This document shows, piece by piece, positions 45,396 through 55,386 of a stretch of 64,000 bases of DNA (position 1 is its first letter; each line of letters opens with the position of its first letter). The position numbers and the translations under genes were made by a program. Under the pieces are notes generated by a model. The model had not been told where the DNA came from. It did not search any database and saw nothing but the letters and a program-made list of their open reading frames with translations. The stretch lies in NCBI GenBank assembly GCA_963767925.1, contig CAVYGB010000009.1, positions 256,214-320,213 on the forward strand. Reading direction: 5' to 3'. This DNA is from an uncultured delta proteobacterium (GTDB lineage Bacteria; Myxococcota_A; Polyangia; Fen-1088).

Positions 45396-46307
45396 TCACT
45401 GGGCCGCAGCCGCTGGACGCCGCGCGACGAGGGAAAACATCAGGGGAAGATTCGGGCCGCTCGTCAGCTCGTAACGGCCTCGATAGGTGGTTGACCTCGT
45501 CATGTTCTCGAAGATGGAGCCATTGGAGTACGGGTACTCCACGAAGGCCTCGATCCGGAGCCCGGAGAGGACGGCGGAGAGGATTTCTCCCACCCCCCAG
45601 AAGAACTCGTGGCTGCGGTGCGGGTTGACGAAACCACGCACGCCTTCGAGGAAACCCCAGGGCGCCTCTGCAGGGCCCGCCTCACCCACGTAGTCCGCAA
45701 GGCCGTTGATGCTGCTCCGGGGTCTGCCCCCCGCGAAGTAGTTGGCGTCTCGGACCCCTTTTGGGTCAAAGAGGAGCGCGAATGGATGATAGTCGATGAC
45801 CACAAGGCGACCGTCGGGGGCAAGAACCCGCGCCACGCCCTGGGCCCAGGCCTCGATGTTGGAGAGCCACATCAGCGCCCCGTAGGAGCTGAAGGCCACA
45901 TCGAAGGGTGGCTCTGAGCGCGCGGACTGGTCGAGCCAGGTGTTCACGTCAGCACGGTGGAAAGCGGCGGCGAGCCCGGTGGCGCGGGAAAGCCGGACAG
46001 CGGCGTCGATGGCCACGTCGCTGATGTCCACTCCCACGACCTGCGCGCCGAGGTTGGCCAGGCTCAAGCTGTCGTGACCGACGTTGCATTGCAAGTGCAG
46101 CACGCGCTTGCCCGCGAGGTCGCCGAGCAGCCCCACCTCCTCGGGGTAGAGGGTGGAGCCCCCGTTCCGGAAGTAGGGGCCCGGGTCGGGACGGTGCGAG
46201 TTGTGAGCCGTGGTCGCCGCGTTCCAGGCCTGTCGATTCTCCTCGTGTAGCACGCTCCCCTCAGCGGCTGAGCTCGAAGAAGTCCCGGATGTTCCTGGCT
46301 TGGTCAT
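45396..46307 (-). CDS. Class I SAM-dependent methyltransferase
   Basis: VLHLQCNVGHDSL, VGVDIS, FDVAFSSYGALMW, L-x-PDGRL. Confidence 0.88.
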   Translation of the reverse strand: MTKPGTSGTSSSSAAEGSVLHEENRQAWNAATTAHNSHRPDPGPYFRNGGSTLYPEEVGLLGDLAGKRVLHLQCNVGHDSLSLANLGAQVVGVDISDVAIDAAVRLSRATGLAAAFHRADVNTWLDQSARSEPPFDVAFSSYGALMWLSNIEAWAQGVARVLAPDGRLVVIDYHPFALLFDPKGVRDANYFAGGRPRSSINGLADYVGEAGPAEAPWGFLEGVRGFVNPHRSHEFFWGVGEILSAVLSGLRIEAFVEYPYSNGSIFENMTRSTTYRGRYELTSGPNLPLMFSLVARRPAAAAQ

Positions 46308-46754
46308 GAATCCATCTTAAGGTCAATGCCGATCGGTTAGCGGCCAAGTGATCGAAATTGATCCGGTTTTCCTGTGGAGAAAATAGCAATAGAAGTTACT
46401 CCAGAGTTCTTCCATTATGGCGGTGCACTTGGAACCAGCCATGCACGTCGAGAACTCGCTGAAAGCGGGGACGATGAAGCTGTCGCCCGGATGTGTCCCC
46501 TGGAAAGGTGAGTCTTGCATATGTCGGCGAGGCATCTTCGTTCCTGGCAAGGCGCGAGGTGCACCTTCAGCAGCGACACGGTCGTCAGGGTAAAGGTCGG
46601 CGCCGACACGCAGGACTTCAACCGCTTCGGCGTGGTCACCTTCTTCGACAACATCGTCATCGTCGTCACCGTCCGCCGCTGAGCTGGCGCCCCCACGGGG
46701 AATCGGCCGCCCGGTCACCGCGGGGCGGCCTTTTCCTGGGTGGCGGGACCTACC

Positions 46755-47309
46755 CTACCGCCACAGGCTGCTCAGCACGCTCGGGCCTCCGGCGTTGTCG
46801 CCGAGGTTGTTGTCGTTGATGGTGAGCTGCAGGTCGCCCGCTGGCGTCCCTTGCCTGTCGTATTCCAGGCAACCGCTCCCTGCGCCGACGGGGAACCACA
46901 CGTTGGCCGGGTACGACCCCCTGCCTGGCCCCCACATCCGCCCCGCCGTCACCTGGCCGATCAGCGAATAGACGGGCTCGCCCGGGGCCGGGAAGCCGCC
47001 AGGAGCCGGCCCTTCGCCGGCCACGTTCTTGTGCGTTCCCCAGAAGTCGATGCGCGTCTGCCCCCAGGCCGAGATCTGCAGCGCATCGCCATCGCGCAGG
47101 GTGACCGCCGAGGGCCGCCAGGTGCTCACGAAGTTTCCCAGCGCGGTCCAGGGGAATGGGTCGGTGAAGTTCGAATCGGTCCCGTCCGCGCAGCCGCGGC
47201 CACCCCGGGCCCCCGGGCCGAGCAGGTAGCCCTCACGCCGGAAGAGGCCGTAGCCCGCGGGCACGGTCACCCGCCGCGAATTCACCGCGGCGTTGTCGCG
47301 CGGGCCCAA
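46755..47309 (-). pseudogene. N-terminally truncated protein with a LecA/PA-IL-like C-terminal domain
   Basis: LQISAWG...YSLIGQV...FPVG...LQLTINDNNLGDNAG pattern; no convincing start or signal peptide. Confidence 0.45.
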
Positions 47310-47654
47310 ATTCCAGTAGCTGTCGAGCGGCGCTCCGGCGGCTGCTCACGGCGATCCGGACCCGGCTCTCACCCCGGGCGTTCCGGATTTTCGAGCTGCG
47401 GGACGGTATTGATGCAAAAACTGATCTGGTCCTCGAGGTCGGGCCGATCCCGCCCAGTCGGCCGAGCGACCGTCAGAGATGAGCAGGTGCATCGAGGGGC
47501 TCTGCTGAAGGCGGTGCAGGCGCTACTTGGCTGAACCTCACTGCCAACTCAGGCGGGGTGAGCCCCGCCGCCGAGCCGGGCTCGGACCTCTGACACTGAC
47601 CTGCGAAACCCTGACGGAAACGACGTCAGAATGAACCGAAACTACCTAACCCTC

Positions 47655-47829
47655 TTGTGGAGGCGCCGGGTACTGCCCCCGCCCTTGGGTTTTCGAGAAC
47701 CTGAGGCGGGACGGGACCTTGGCTGGTAACCCTCGGAGATCACGGGCCGAGGCAGTCCCGCGCCGTCCCATGGTGTGGAGTTGCGTGCCGTTTGGGAGTG
47801 CAGAGTCACGGCAACGGAACGGCAACGGA
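47655..47829. repeat. ~175-bp att-like direct repeat, copy 1
   Basis: TTGTGGAGGCGCCGGGTACTGCCCCCG...GAGGCGGGACGGGACCTTGGCTGG...CACGGCAACGGAACGGCAACGGA; also at 49431 and 54057. Confidence 0.9.
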
Positions 47830-48079
47830 GGGGAGTGGGCGGAGCGCCGGGACCTCGGCCCGGTGCCTCGCCGCTACGCCGCTACGCCGCTCGGAGCGAC
47901 GAGGCGTCGAGCTGATAGCCCTTCGGCGCTTCTCCGGCGGGCTCAACTTCTCGGTGAACGCCGGCGCGATTGCTTGATGTTGGCGTCCTTATCTCGCAGG
48001 CGAAGGAATGCATGCGAACGCAGCGCGTACGCACACGATGAGGGACGCGCCGACCCCAGGCCAGCGCCTGTCCTGGGGT

Positions 48080-48340
48080 GGCAGGCCCCGCATCTTACGG
48101 CCGACCAGCTGGGCCAAGTCGCGGGCGTGCCGAAGAGCACGCTGAACGCGAAGTCCAGGCTCATCCGCGATCTGCTTCGCATGGGTCCCTGGAGCCCCGA
48201 GGTTTCGAGGCGCGAGATCTCGGCGCAGAACCCGCTCGCTTGGATGATAGAGGTGAACGGCGTCATCGTGGACGCGCGCACGATGCCTCCGGAGGTGCAA
48301 GCCGAGGCCCGGCGCCGCGGATTCCATTCCCGTCATCGCC
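48080..48340 (+). pseudogene. DUF6398-like protein fragment
   Basis: PHLTADQL...GVPKST...IRDLL...NPLAWMIEVNGVIVDAR; 5' part missing. Confidence 0.55.
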
Positions 48341-48543
48341 TCTTGGTAGGACGCCCAGCGCCGATCGATCCGAGGTAACCCGCGCGGCGTGCGGGACGCG
48401 AGCGATCTGAAGAAGACAGCGGCAAAGGGACCATGGCGGAGCGCCGATATCGAGTAACGCCGGACACAAGCCCCGCGCGCCCAGCGCCATGACGACGAGA
48501 TCGGCGGAGCGCCGGCTCAGGGCGTCTGCGGTGGAGTCGGGAG

Positions 48544-49379
48544 CTAACGGCGGACCAGGACCGGATCGCCGGGGGTGCCGCGCAGGATCGGCCGCAGCCG
48601 CGGCTGCCGGTCCGAGCCGGAGGAGGCGTCCGGGTGGGGCTCGAGATCCAACCGCCCGACCACCTCGACTTGCTCGCCTGGGGCGATGATCTCTTCATCG
48701 TAGATCCAGACCGCGGGCCGTTCTCGTCGGGGCTGAAGTGCACATAAAGCGGGCTCACCATGCTTAGGGACCGCGATTCGAGCGGCGGCGGATTCGGCAG
48801 GAGGAGGATGGAGCGCGTGTCGACCCAGACCTCGCGGCCGTCCGCCCCGCGTACGCAGAAGTCGGTCGCGTGCAACTCCCAGCGCCAGGGGCTGAACGCA
48901 CCGGGCCCCGCTTCCCGCCCGTGGCATCCGTGGTAGCGGACCAGCACCGCCGGTTTCCCCTTCAGCGTGCGCAGCAACCGGGCTGGCCGCTCGACCGCGC
49001 CCCGCACCTGGACGAGCTGGCCCCGGGCCTGGCCCGCAGCGGAGAACGGCTGGGCCGCGTCCATCTGCCGTCCTTTGCGCCACTGCCTCCAGGCCCGACT
49101 GAGCCGGGCGAGCCCGACCGCTCCCACCTGCCCGCCGACCACGCCCAGCATGACCCACTCGGGAACGTAACCGATCATCGCCGCGGAGGCACTGAGGATC
49201 ACCGCGGCCCCACCAACCAGACCTCGGATGACCGATACGGCCCCCGAACGAGGCAGCGTCGACCCGCGGTGGACAATGGCCCCATCACAGACCAGCGCCT
49301 GTGGCGGATCTGGCCGCGCCGCCAGATCCGTGGAGGCCGCCCGGGTCAGAGCCCTGGCGGGCGGGTCTGGGCTGCTCAT
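48544..49379 (-). CDS. Hypothetical membrane protein (two TM helices plus beta domain), frameshift near 48725
   Basis: N-terminal part in ORF 48333..49379; C-terminal DEEIIAPGEQVEVVG... in ORF 48544..49158. Confidence 0.55.
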
Positions 49380-49430
49380 GGTCCTGCCATTCTCTCACGC
49401 GCGGCTGGCGGGCAAAGTTGGAGGAGAAAC

Positions 49431-49604
49431 TGTGGTTGCGCCGGATACTGCCCCCGTCTGAGGGTTTCCGAGAACCCGAGGCGGGACGGGACCTTGGCTG
49501 GTAACCCTCGGAGATCACAGGCCGAGGCAGTCCCGCGCCGTCCCACGGTGTGGAGTTGCGTGCCGTTGGGGAGTGCAGAGTCACGGCAACGGAATGGCAA
49601 CGGA
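49431..49604. repeat. ~175-bp att-like direct repeat, copy 2
   Basis: Aligns end to end with copies 1 and 3, with a few substitutions. Confidence 0.9.
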
Positions 49605-49732
49605 AGGCGAGCCGGGAATGGTGGCACCGGACGACCCAGGGACGGTGCGACATGACGTTCAAGGAGCCCCTCCGTCCACGAGCGCTAGACGAAATCCGCT
49701 GCAAATATGCGAGGTCCTGGGGCAGATGCGGT

Positions 49733-51562
49733 TCAAGGCGGGCGGAAGAACGTGACCCCCTTTTTCGACAGCGCCTGCGCGGCTTCGAACAGGGTGGACC
49801 AGGACTCCAGCACCCCGCCGAAGCGGGCGCACAGGCGGGCGAATGCCCGGCGGGCGTCGTCCCGGGCGAGGTGGTCGAAGTCGGGCGGCTGGAAGTTGCT
49901 CGTCTCCATGAGGCTCTTTTCGCAGGCCTGGCGGTATTCGCGCGCGCGATTGCCCCAGGCGGAACGCGGGGGGGCCTGGCGGATGAGGGAGTCGAGTCGG
50001 GCAAGCTGACGTTCCCCCTGACGCCAGCTCTGGCGCCGGAGGATCCTTTCAAGGTCGGGCCAGGGTTGGCGGCCCAGCTCCTGCAACTGACGACCGAACA
50101 GACACAAACGCGCCCGGCCCGAGGGCGCGGCGGTGCATGAGACCTCGGCGAACAGGAGCATCAGCAGAGAATGCAGGGGGCGTCGGGAGACGGTCAGCCA
50201 GAGCTGTTCCTCCCGCCACTCCCGGCGGTCCAGGGGGAGGTGTGCAATGGTCCAGGGCAAATACCCGAAAAAGCGATCTTCCCAGCAGCGGCGAAACAGG
50301 TTGCCGAATAGCAGATCCTCCCCCCGCCCCACGGGGAAGAAGGGCGGACAGAGCTCGCGGGCGTCGAGGGCGAACGTGGTAGCCATGGTGAAGGTGCCAG
50401 CGGTGATGCTCAGCCGCGGCGCCGCCCGGAGTATCTGGCGCGACGCGATCAACGCTCCGAACTGCCGTTCGTTCTCCAGCTCGGCCTGCTCGGGCGATAG
50501 CCGGTTTCCCTGGAAAAGATGGAAAATCGGTTGCTTCGCCCCGCCGTCGCCGAGCAACCCGCTGAAGGTGGCCGCGACGCGCGCCCGTCCGTCGAGAAGG
50601 GCCTCCATCATCGGTGCCGGCAGCCCATCCAGAAACACGCGTTCGGGGGGATGATCCTCGAGGCACGCGGCCACGGTCTTACCCAGCAGCCGCTCGTGGC
50701 CGTCCAGAGCACTGGTTTTCGCAGGCTGGGTGGACGCGAAAGCCGCGACCAGGTCGGGATACAGGCGAACGGTGGTAGGGTCCGTGGCGGCGAGCCCCAG
50801 CCCTTCGCCGTCTTCGTCGTCCGGCCAGACTGAGCGAGGGTCGCATACGGTGTCGTCGTCGGCGCTGAGAAAAGCCCTTCCGGCATGTGCAAGCAAGACG
50901 GCATTGCGGTTGGCACCGGTGTCGTGCCCTACTCCTTCGAGGTCGAACAGGGCGAAGCGCACCACCTCCTCTGCTAGGCCGGATTCCGCGGCCAGCCGTC
51001 GAGCATAGGTCGCCTTGTCATCAGCGTCCGCGTAGATGACCGCGCCCTCGGATGTTTCGTCAATGGCGCGCAGAACGGCGCGGTTCTGCTCGCGAAGCTC
51101 GGCCTTGGTCGACGAATCGACGACGGAGAAGGATGGAGCGCGCCCGCTCGAGCGGGCGTTGTCGAGGTGGCTCCGCAGACATCGTTCGAGTCCTGCCGGC
51201 CGGTCCCGCGTGATGATGGCGATTGACGAGATCTCGGTCGAAGCGGCCACCGCTCCACTGGTCGCCGTTCTCCGGAGCAGGTCACCCCTGGAGATCATGA
51301 AGCCCGCGCGCGCCGCCCCCTGCAAGGCGGCCAGCAAGCCGGGCCGGTGCTCGGGCGCAATCTGGCGTAACTCCGCGAACCTGACCACGTGCTCCGACAA
51401 GCTTCGAAACCCCGCACAGGACGACAGCAGCTGACCAAGGAGGCGCGGCAGGACTACGGCGCCAGGCCCGTCGGGCACCCGGGCTATCGCCCGTTGTTGA
51501 TCGAGCCAGGCCATCGTGGGCACGAGAGCCTGGTAATCGTCCTCCATGGTAGTCCCGTTCAC
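49733..51562 (-). CDS. GT-A-fold glycosyltransferase-like protein
   Basis: IAIITRDRP...L-x-RCL-x-S, VVDSS, GANRN, SADDD (DxD-like) and RGED motifs. Confidence 0.65.
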   Translation of the reverse strand: MNGTTMEDDYQALVPTMAWLDQQRAIARVPDGPGAVVLPRLLGQLLSSCAGFRSLSEHVVRFAELRQIAPEHRPGLLAALQGAARAGFMISRGDLLRRTATSGAVAASTEISSIAIITRDRPAGLERCLRSHLDNARSSGRAPSFSVVDSSTKAELREQNRAVLRAIDETSEGAVIYADADDKATYARRLAAESGLAEEVVRFALFDLEGVGHDTGANRNAVLLAHAGRAFLSADDDTVCDPRSVWPDDEDGEGLGLAATDPTTVRLYPDLVAAFASTQPAKTSALDGHERLLGKTVAACLEDHPPERVFLDGLPAPMMEALLDGRARVAATFSGLLGDGGAKQPIFHLFQGNRLSPEQAELENERQFGALIASRQILRAAPRLSITAGTFTMATTFALDARELCPPFFPVGRGEDLLFGNLFRRCWEDRFFGYLPWTIAHLPLDRREWREEQLWLTVSRRPLHSLLMLLFAEVSCTAAPSGRARLCLFGRQLQELGRQPWPDLERILRRQSWRQGERQLARLDSLIRQAPPRSAWGNRAREYRQACEKSLMETSNFQPPDFDHLARDDARRAFARLCARFGGVLESWSTLFEAAQALSKKGVTFFRPP

Positions 51563-52365
51563 CTTCCGGGCGTCGCGGCTGCGCCTGACGAAATGGGCGC
51601 GTGCTCGCCGCCCCGGGCGCCTCCGAGGAGGGCGGCGCCGGGGGCGTACCCCAGAGTCAGCACCAGGCAGACGGTTTCAGCGCTGGGCCGCACTTCCACC
51701 CTCGCCGACTCGGCGGCCAGCTCCGCATCGTTGAGAACCAGGATCTCGCGCCCTCCTCGTATGGGCCCGGGCAGCAATTCTTCCATCAGTCCGACCCGGC
51801 CGCCCCAGCGGTAACTGCAGTGGCCCGGCGTGAAATCGTCGCTCAGCTCGCCGGGTAAGGAGAGTACCAGTGCGGCTTCCGGGCCGGCGGTCCTCACCTC
51901 CCGGGCGAGGACGTCCCGGATGAAGGCTATTCCGGCCAGGTCGCAGCCGTCGGACCCGGGTTGCGGCATGGGTCGTTCGTGGATGCGCCGTCCGTCGGCG
52001 CCGCTGACCTTGACCGCGGTCTGGCCGACGTCGCACACGAGGGCGGATGCGCCCGCGATCGCTCGACCGCCCACCTCGCCAACGAACCGTCCCTCGCGCG
52101 CCCAGAGCACCCGCCTGGAGGCTGGCACACCGGCGATGGCTGCGCGCAAGTCAGGCCGTTCCGAAAGACCACCCCCGATGTAGATCAAGTCTGGCTGAAA
52201 CGAGCGCGCCAGGGCTGCGAACCCGGCGCGAAACCGGGCTGTCACCACCTCAGGCCGCGGGTCCCGGAGCGCCCGGAGGCTCAGGAAGCTAAAAAGCGTT
52301 GCCCGGCCGCATGGCAGGCCGGCGACAGGCACGTGCTTGACGTCGGGTGCCCGGAACCTGAGCAT
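51559..52365 (-). CDS. ROK-family sugar kinase-like protein, apparently circularly permuted
   Basis: PDLIYIGGGLS comes first, then CDVGQT, LSLPG, VLNDAELAA and LTLGYAPG; stop overlaps the start of the GT-A-like gene. Confidence 0.7.
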   Translation of the reverse strand: MLRFRAPDVKHVPVAGLPCGRATLFSFLSLRALRDPRPEVVTARFRAGFAALARSFQPDLIYIGGGLSERPDLRAAIAGVPASRRVLWAREGRFVGEVGGRAIAGASALVCDVGQTAVKVSGADGRRIHERPMPQPGSDGCDLAGIAFIRDVLAREVRTAGPEAALVLSLPGELSDDFTPGHCSYRWGGRVGLMEELLPGPIRGGREILVLNDAELAAESARVEVRPSAETVCLVLTLGYAPGAALLGGARGGEHAPISSGAAATPGR

Positions 52366-52412
52366 CCCGTAACGGCTCGAGGGTGAAGAGCAGATCGCCC
52401 CTGTGCGACGCC

Positions 52413-52838
52413 TCAGCCCGCCCGGGCCAGGCTGCGCAGCCGGTGGACCACGTCGTCTTCCTGAAACAGGCGAAAAGACAGAGGAGGCATGAAGACGATT
52501 CGGCGGCCGAACGGGGTCGCTTCCCTTAGCTGGATCGTGACTGGCTTGATGCTCAGGATCACGTTCTGGTGGACCGCCGCGATCTGGCTGACCGGCACGA
52601 CCACTTCCTTCCCGAAGCTCCTGATCACCAGGTGCCCCCCCTGCAGGTGCACCTCCTTCAGCCCGGCGATGAACGACCAGAAAAAGGCCGTTCCCCCCAC
52701 CAGGGCGGCGGCGAACACCCAGCGCTGCGGCTGCTGCCGGATGAACGTCAGCACCGTCCCCAGGCCGAACAGAACCGGCCAGACGATCAGGAAAACGCTC
52801 TTGTAGAACGCCGTCGTTGATGAAGAGATTCTTTCCAC
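52413..52838 (-). CDS. Small two-TM membrane protein
   Basis: Two hydrophobic helices followed by a beta-rich soluble domain. Confidence 0.65.
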   Translation of the reverse strand: MERISSSTTAFYKSVFLIVWPVLFGLGTVLTFIRQQPQRWVFAAALVGGTAFFWSFIAGLKEVHLQGGHLVIRSFGKEVVVPVSQIAAVHQNVILSIKPVTIQLREATPFGRRIVFMPPLSFRLFQEDDVVHRLRSLARAG

Positions 52839-52885
52839 GTGATCACGTTCGCCGGGCGAGCTGAGCCCTACCTCAGCCCTCCGGT

Positions 52886-53629
52886 TCAATAAAGGGAGTT
52901 GAGCGCCCCGATCTCCTCTTCGTTCAAGTACCCGTCACCGTCCAGATCGCCCTCGATGCACTGCCCTCCGTCGAGGACCGGCGGCGGCCCTTGCTCGGAA
53001 GGTGGTGCCGTGTGCGGCTCGGGACCGGAACCCAGCCAGTAGGTCGACTCGGTCTGGGTGCCGAAGAGCCCCGGCGGCCCGGCCGCCAAGCCGAAGCTGC
53101 CGCTGACCGCTCCGGGCCCCCCGTTCGTGCCGGGCGTGTACGAGGCAGAGGCACCGGCCGGGCCCAGGCTGCCACCCACCACCTCGCTCGGACCCGAGGT
53201 GGGGAATCCCACGGTGACATTCACGCCGGCAGTTCCGCCGACCGAAAGGCCTGCGGAGCCCTGGTCCGGCGGCGTGTTGTACCCCGCCACGTAGGGCCCA
53301 TTCATACCGATGCCGGCCACCACCCCGTAGGTGCCGCCGCCACCGCTAAGCGCCGGATGGACGACGGTGACGCTTACGTCAATGCCGATCGAAGCACTCA
53401 CCTGCTGCGGGACCCGGGGGGACGGGGCGGGTCGGCCGTCCGGGGCATCTGGCGTCGGGCCATCGCCGCCCCCGTCCGGAACGCCGCCGTCGGGCGATGA
53501 ACCGGCATTCTCCCACGTGTCCACCGGCGGCTGATAGCTCGCCGGGGGTTCCGGTGGAGGCGCGGGGACCTCGTTTCCCTCTCCGGTCGGATGACTCGCG
53601 TTCGTACCTAGGGCGTTGATCGCGGACAT
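52886..53629 (-). CDS. Gly/Pro-rich hypothetical protein with a C-terminal EF-hand-like loop
   Basis: AGGAGG RBS; DLDGDGYLNEEE matches the EF-hand loop consensus. Confidence 0.65.
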   Translation of the reverse strand: MSAINALGTNASHPTGEGNEVPAPPPEPPASYQPPVDTWENAGSSPDGGVPDGGGDGPTPDAPDGRPAPSPRVPQQVSASIGIDVSVTVVHPALSGGGGTYGVVAGIGMNGPYVAGYNTPPDQGSAGLSVGGTAGVNVTVGFPTSGPSEVVGGSLGPAGASASYTPGTNGGPGAVSGSFGLAAGPPGLFGTQTESTYWLGSGPEPHTAPPSEQGPPPVLDGGQCIEGDLDGDGYLNEEEIGALNSLY

Positions 53630-53714
53630 GAGCCTTCCTCCTGAGTTACGGCGCCTCCGGACACCGTCCCATAAAGTTACACCCGACGAAATGTTTTTTT
53701 ATCCATGGTGTTAT

Positions 53715-54040
53715 CAGTGTGGCCCGGCACGGGGCCTCGCCAGGCGAGATCCTCGCGCTTCATTGGACCGGGCCCGGGCGTGTATTTGGCGGCCGCCCAC
53801 GCGGTGGTCAGGCAGTCCTTCAAGCGCATCAGGATCGTGACCACGTCGAAGCCGGAAGCTTCGCGCAAGCTTCCGCTCGCTCCGTCGCTGCTGGCGGCGC
53901 TCGACAGCCACCGGCAGCTGTGGGGAAGCTGGTCTTCTGTGCGGCGGACGGGCGCATGCTCACGGGCTCAGCCACCCGCGAGTACCGCCGTCGTCTGACG
54001 CGTTTCAACGACAACCTGGCGGCAGAACAAAACAGACTCT
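53715..54040 (+). pseudogene. Tyrosine integrase remnant, paralogous to 60120-60350
   Basis: GEILAL-x-W, VVRQS, RKLPLAPS and KLVFCAADGRMLT are shared with the integrase at 59479. Confidence 0.8.
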
Positions 54041-54056
54041 AGGTACCTGGAACACC

Positions 54057-54232
54057 TTGTGGAGGCGCCGGCTACTGCCCCCGTCCTTGGGTTTCCGAGA
54101 ACCTGAGGCGGGACGGGACCTTGGCTGGCAACCCTCGGAAATCACAGGCCGAGGCAGTCCCGCGCCGTCCCACGGTGTGGAGTTGCGTTCCGTTCAAGAG
54201 TGCAGGGTCACGGCAACGGAATGGCAACGGAA
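54057..54232. repeat. ~175-bp att-like direct repeat, copy 3
   Basis: Aligns with copies 1 and 2; lies immediately after the integrase remnant. Confidence 0.9.
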
Positions 54233-54579
54233 GATGGTGGCTGGCTCCCGCACGACGCGGGATCCCCCTGCGACAGAGAGCAGTCGGCGAACCGGGTAGC
54301 CTTGGCGGTGTGCGAAGCCTGGGCGAGACTCTGGAACAGGCCGCAGGAACGCTCGAAGAAGGGAGCCGCCCCAAGGCGTCCGGTTTCCCGGGCATCGCGG
54401 CCGGAATCCGGCAGCGCGCGGGCAGTTCGCTCCTGACGAGCGGCACCCGACATCTGGTCATCTGGCGCGGCCGGCCCGGGGATGGGGAACGCAACGGGAC
54501 ATGCCGCGCGGTCCTCCGGCACGTTCCTGGCTACAGGGTCGCGCGTGAAAACCCCGCTCGCCCTCCAACCCCCGCCGCC

Positions 54580-55260
54580 CGCAGGAAGACCAATCCGGAT
54601 GGGCGTCGCCCACCTCAGCGGGTGGATCGTCTCCCTCACCGCCCGCCCCCGCGGACCCGCGCGGGCCGGAAGCTGGACCCGGGCAGTCAGCGCCAGCACA
54701 CGGAACCAGGCCCTCGCCGCCCTGCTGCTCTCGATGCACGCGTGCTGGAGCGCAAGCTCGGCTGGGTCGAGGGTGTCATCGGGCCAAGATGCCGGAGCGA
54801 CTACCTGTCGTGCTTGGATGGGCGGAGCGGAGGTTCAGGCCGTGCTCTCGCGGCTGGAAGGCATCCCGTCCCTGGTATGCCGCCTTCTGTCCGGAAGCGG
54901 CGTCTGATGGAGGCGCTGGAACTGGGGTGAAGGATTTCGACCTGGAGAGGTGCGAGATCCAGGTCCGGGACGGGAAGGGTCGCAAGGATAGACGCACCAT
55001 GCTTTCCCCACAGCTGCGCCCGCCCGCTGCGCCGCCACCTGGACGCAATCCACCAGATCCATCGCGTCGACCTGCTCGCAGGCGCCGGCCGAATCGCCCT
55101 GCCGAATGCTCTGCGGACGAATATCCCGGCGCTCCCGCCGAGTGGCGGTGGCAATGAATATTCCCCGCCGCCCGCCACTACCGCGACGCCCGAACCGGCG
55201 AGACCCGTCGTCACCACGTCCACGAGACCTTGATCCAGCGAGCCGTGCGCGAGGCTGTCC
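54580..55260 (+). pseudogene. intI: Integron integrase remnant (several frameshifts, 3' truncated)
   Basis: VSASTRNQALAAL, PERLPVVL, LMEAL-x-L-x-VKD-x-D, VRDGKGRKDR, and the integron-specific insert YP-x-A-x-x-EWRWQ...RHHVHETLIQRAV. Confidence 0.85.
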
Positions 55261-55319
55261 ATCGTTGTCGGACGGACGCCCACCCGATGGGCTTCCGCGG
55301 TCGACGCCAGCGTCGACGC

Positions 55320-55349
55320 TTGACATACTGAACTAACGTTCCGTATATA
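55320..55349 (+). promoter_or_regulatory. Sigma70-type promoter with a LexA-box-like palindrome in the spacer
   Basis: TTGACA (55320) - 17/18 nt - GTATAT/TATATA; CTGAAC-TAAC-GTTCCG at 55328-55343. Confidence 0.6.
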
Positions 55350-55386
55350 GCTCAGATGCGACTGGCTGGCCTCTGGGCGCTGGCGA

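Noticed and set aside
46323..46718. Cys-containing minus-strand ORF next to the methyltransferase as a RiPP precursor
   Set aside because: Atypical codon use, no leader/core pattern, and no RiPP maturase or transporter nearby
47655..54232. 175-bp repeats as CRISPR or as complete tRNA/tmRNA genes
   Set aside because: Too long and kilobases apart for CRISPR; only a T-arm/acceptor-like 3' piece is present, without CCA or a 5' half
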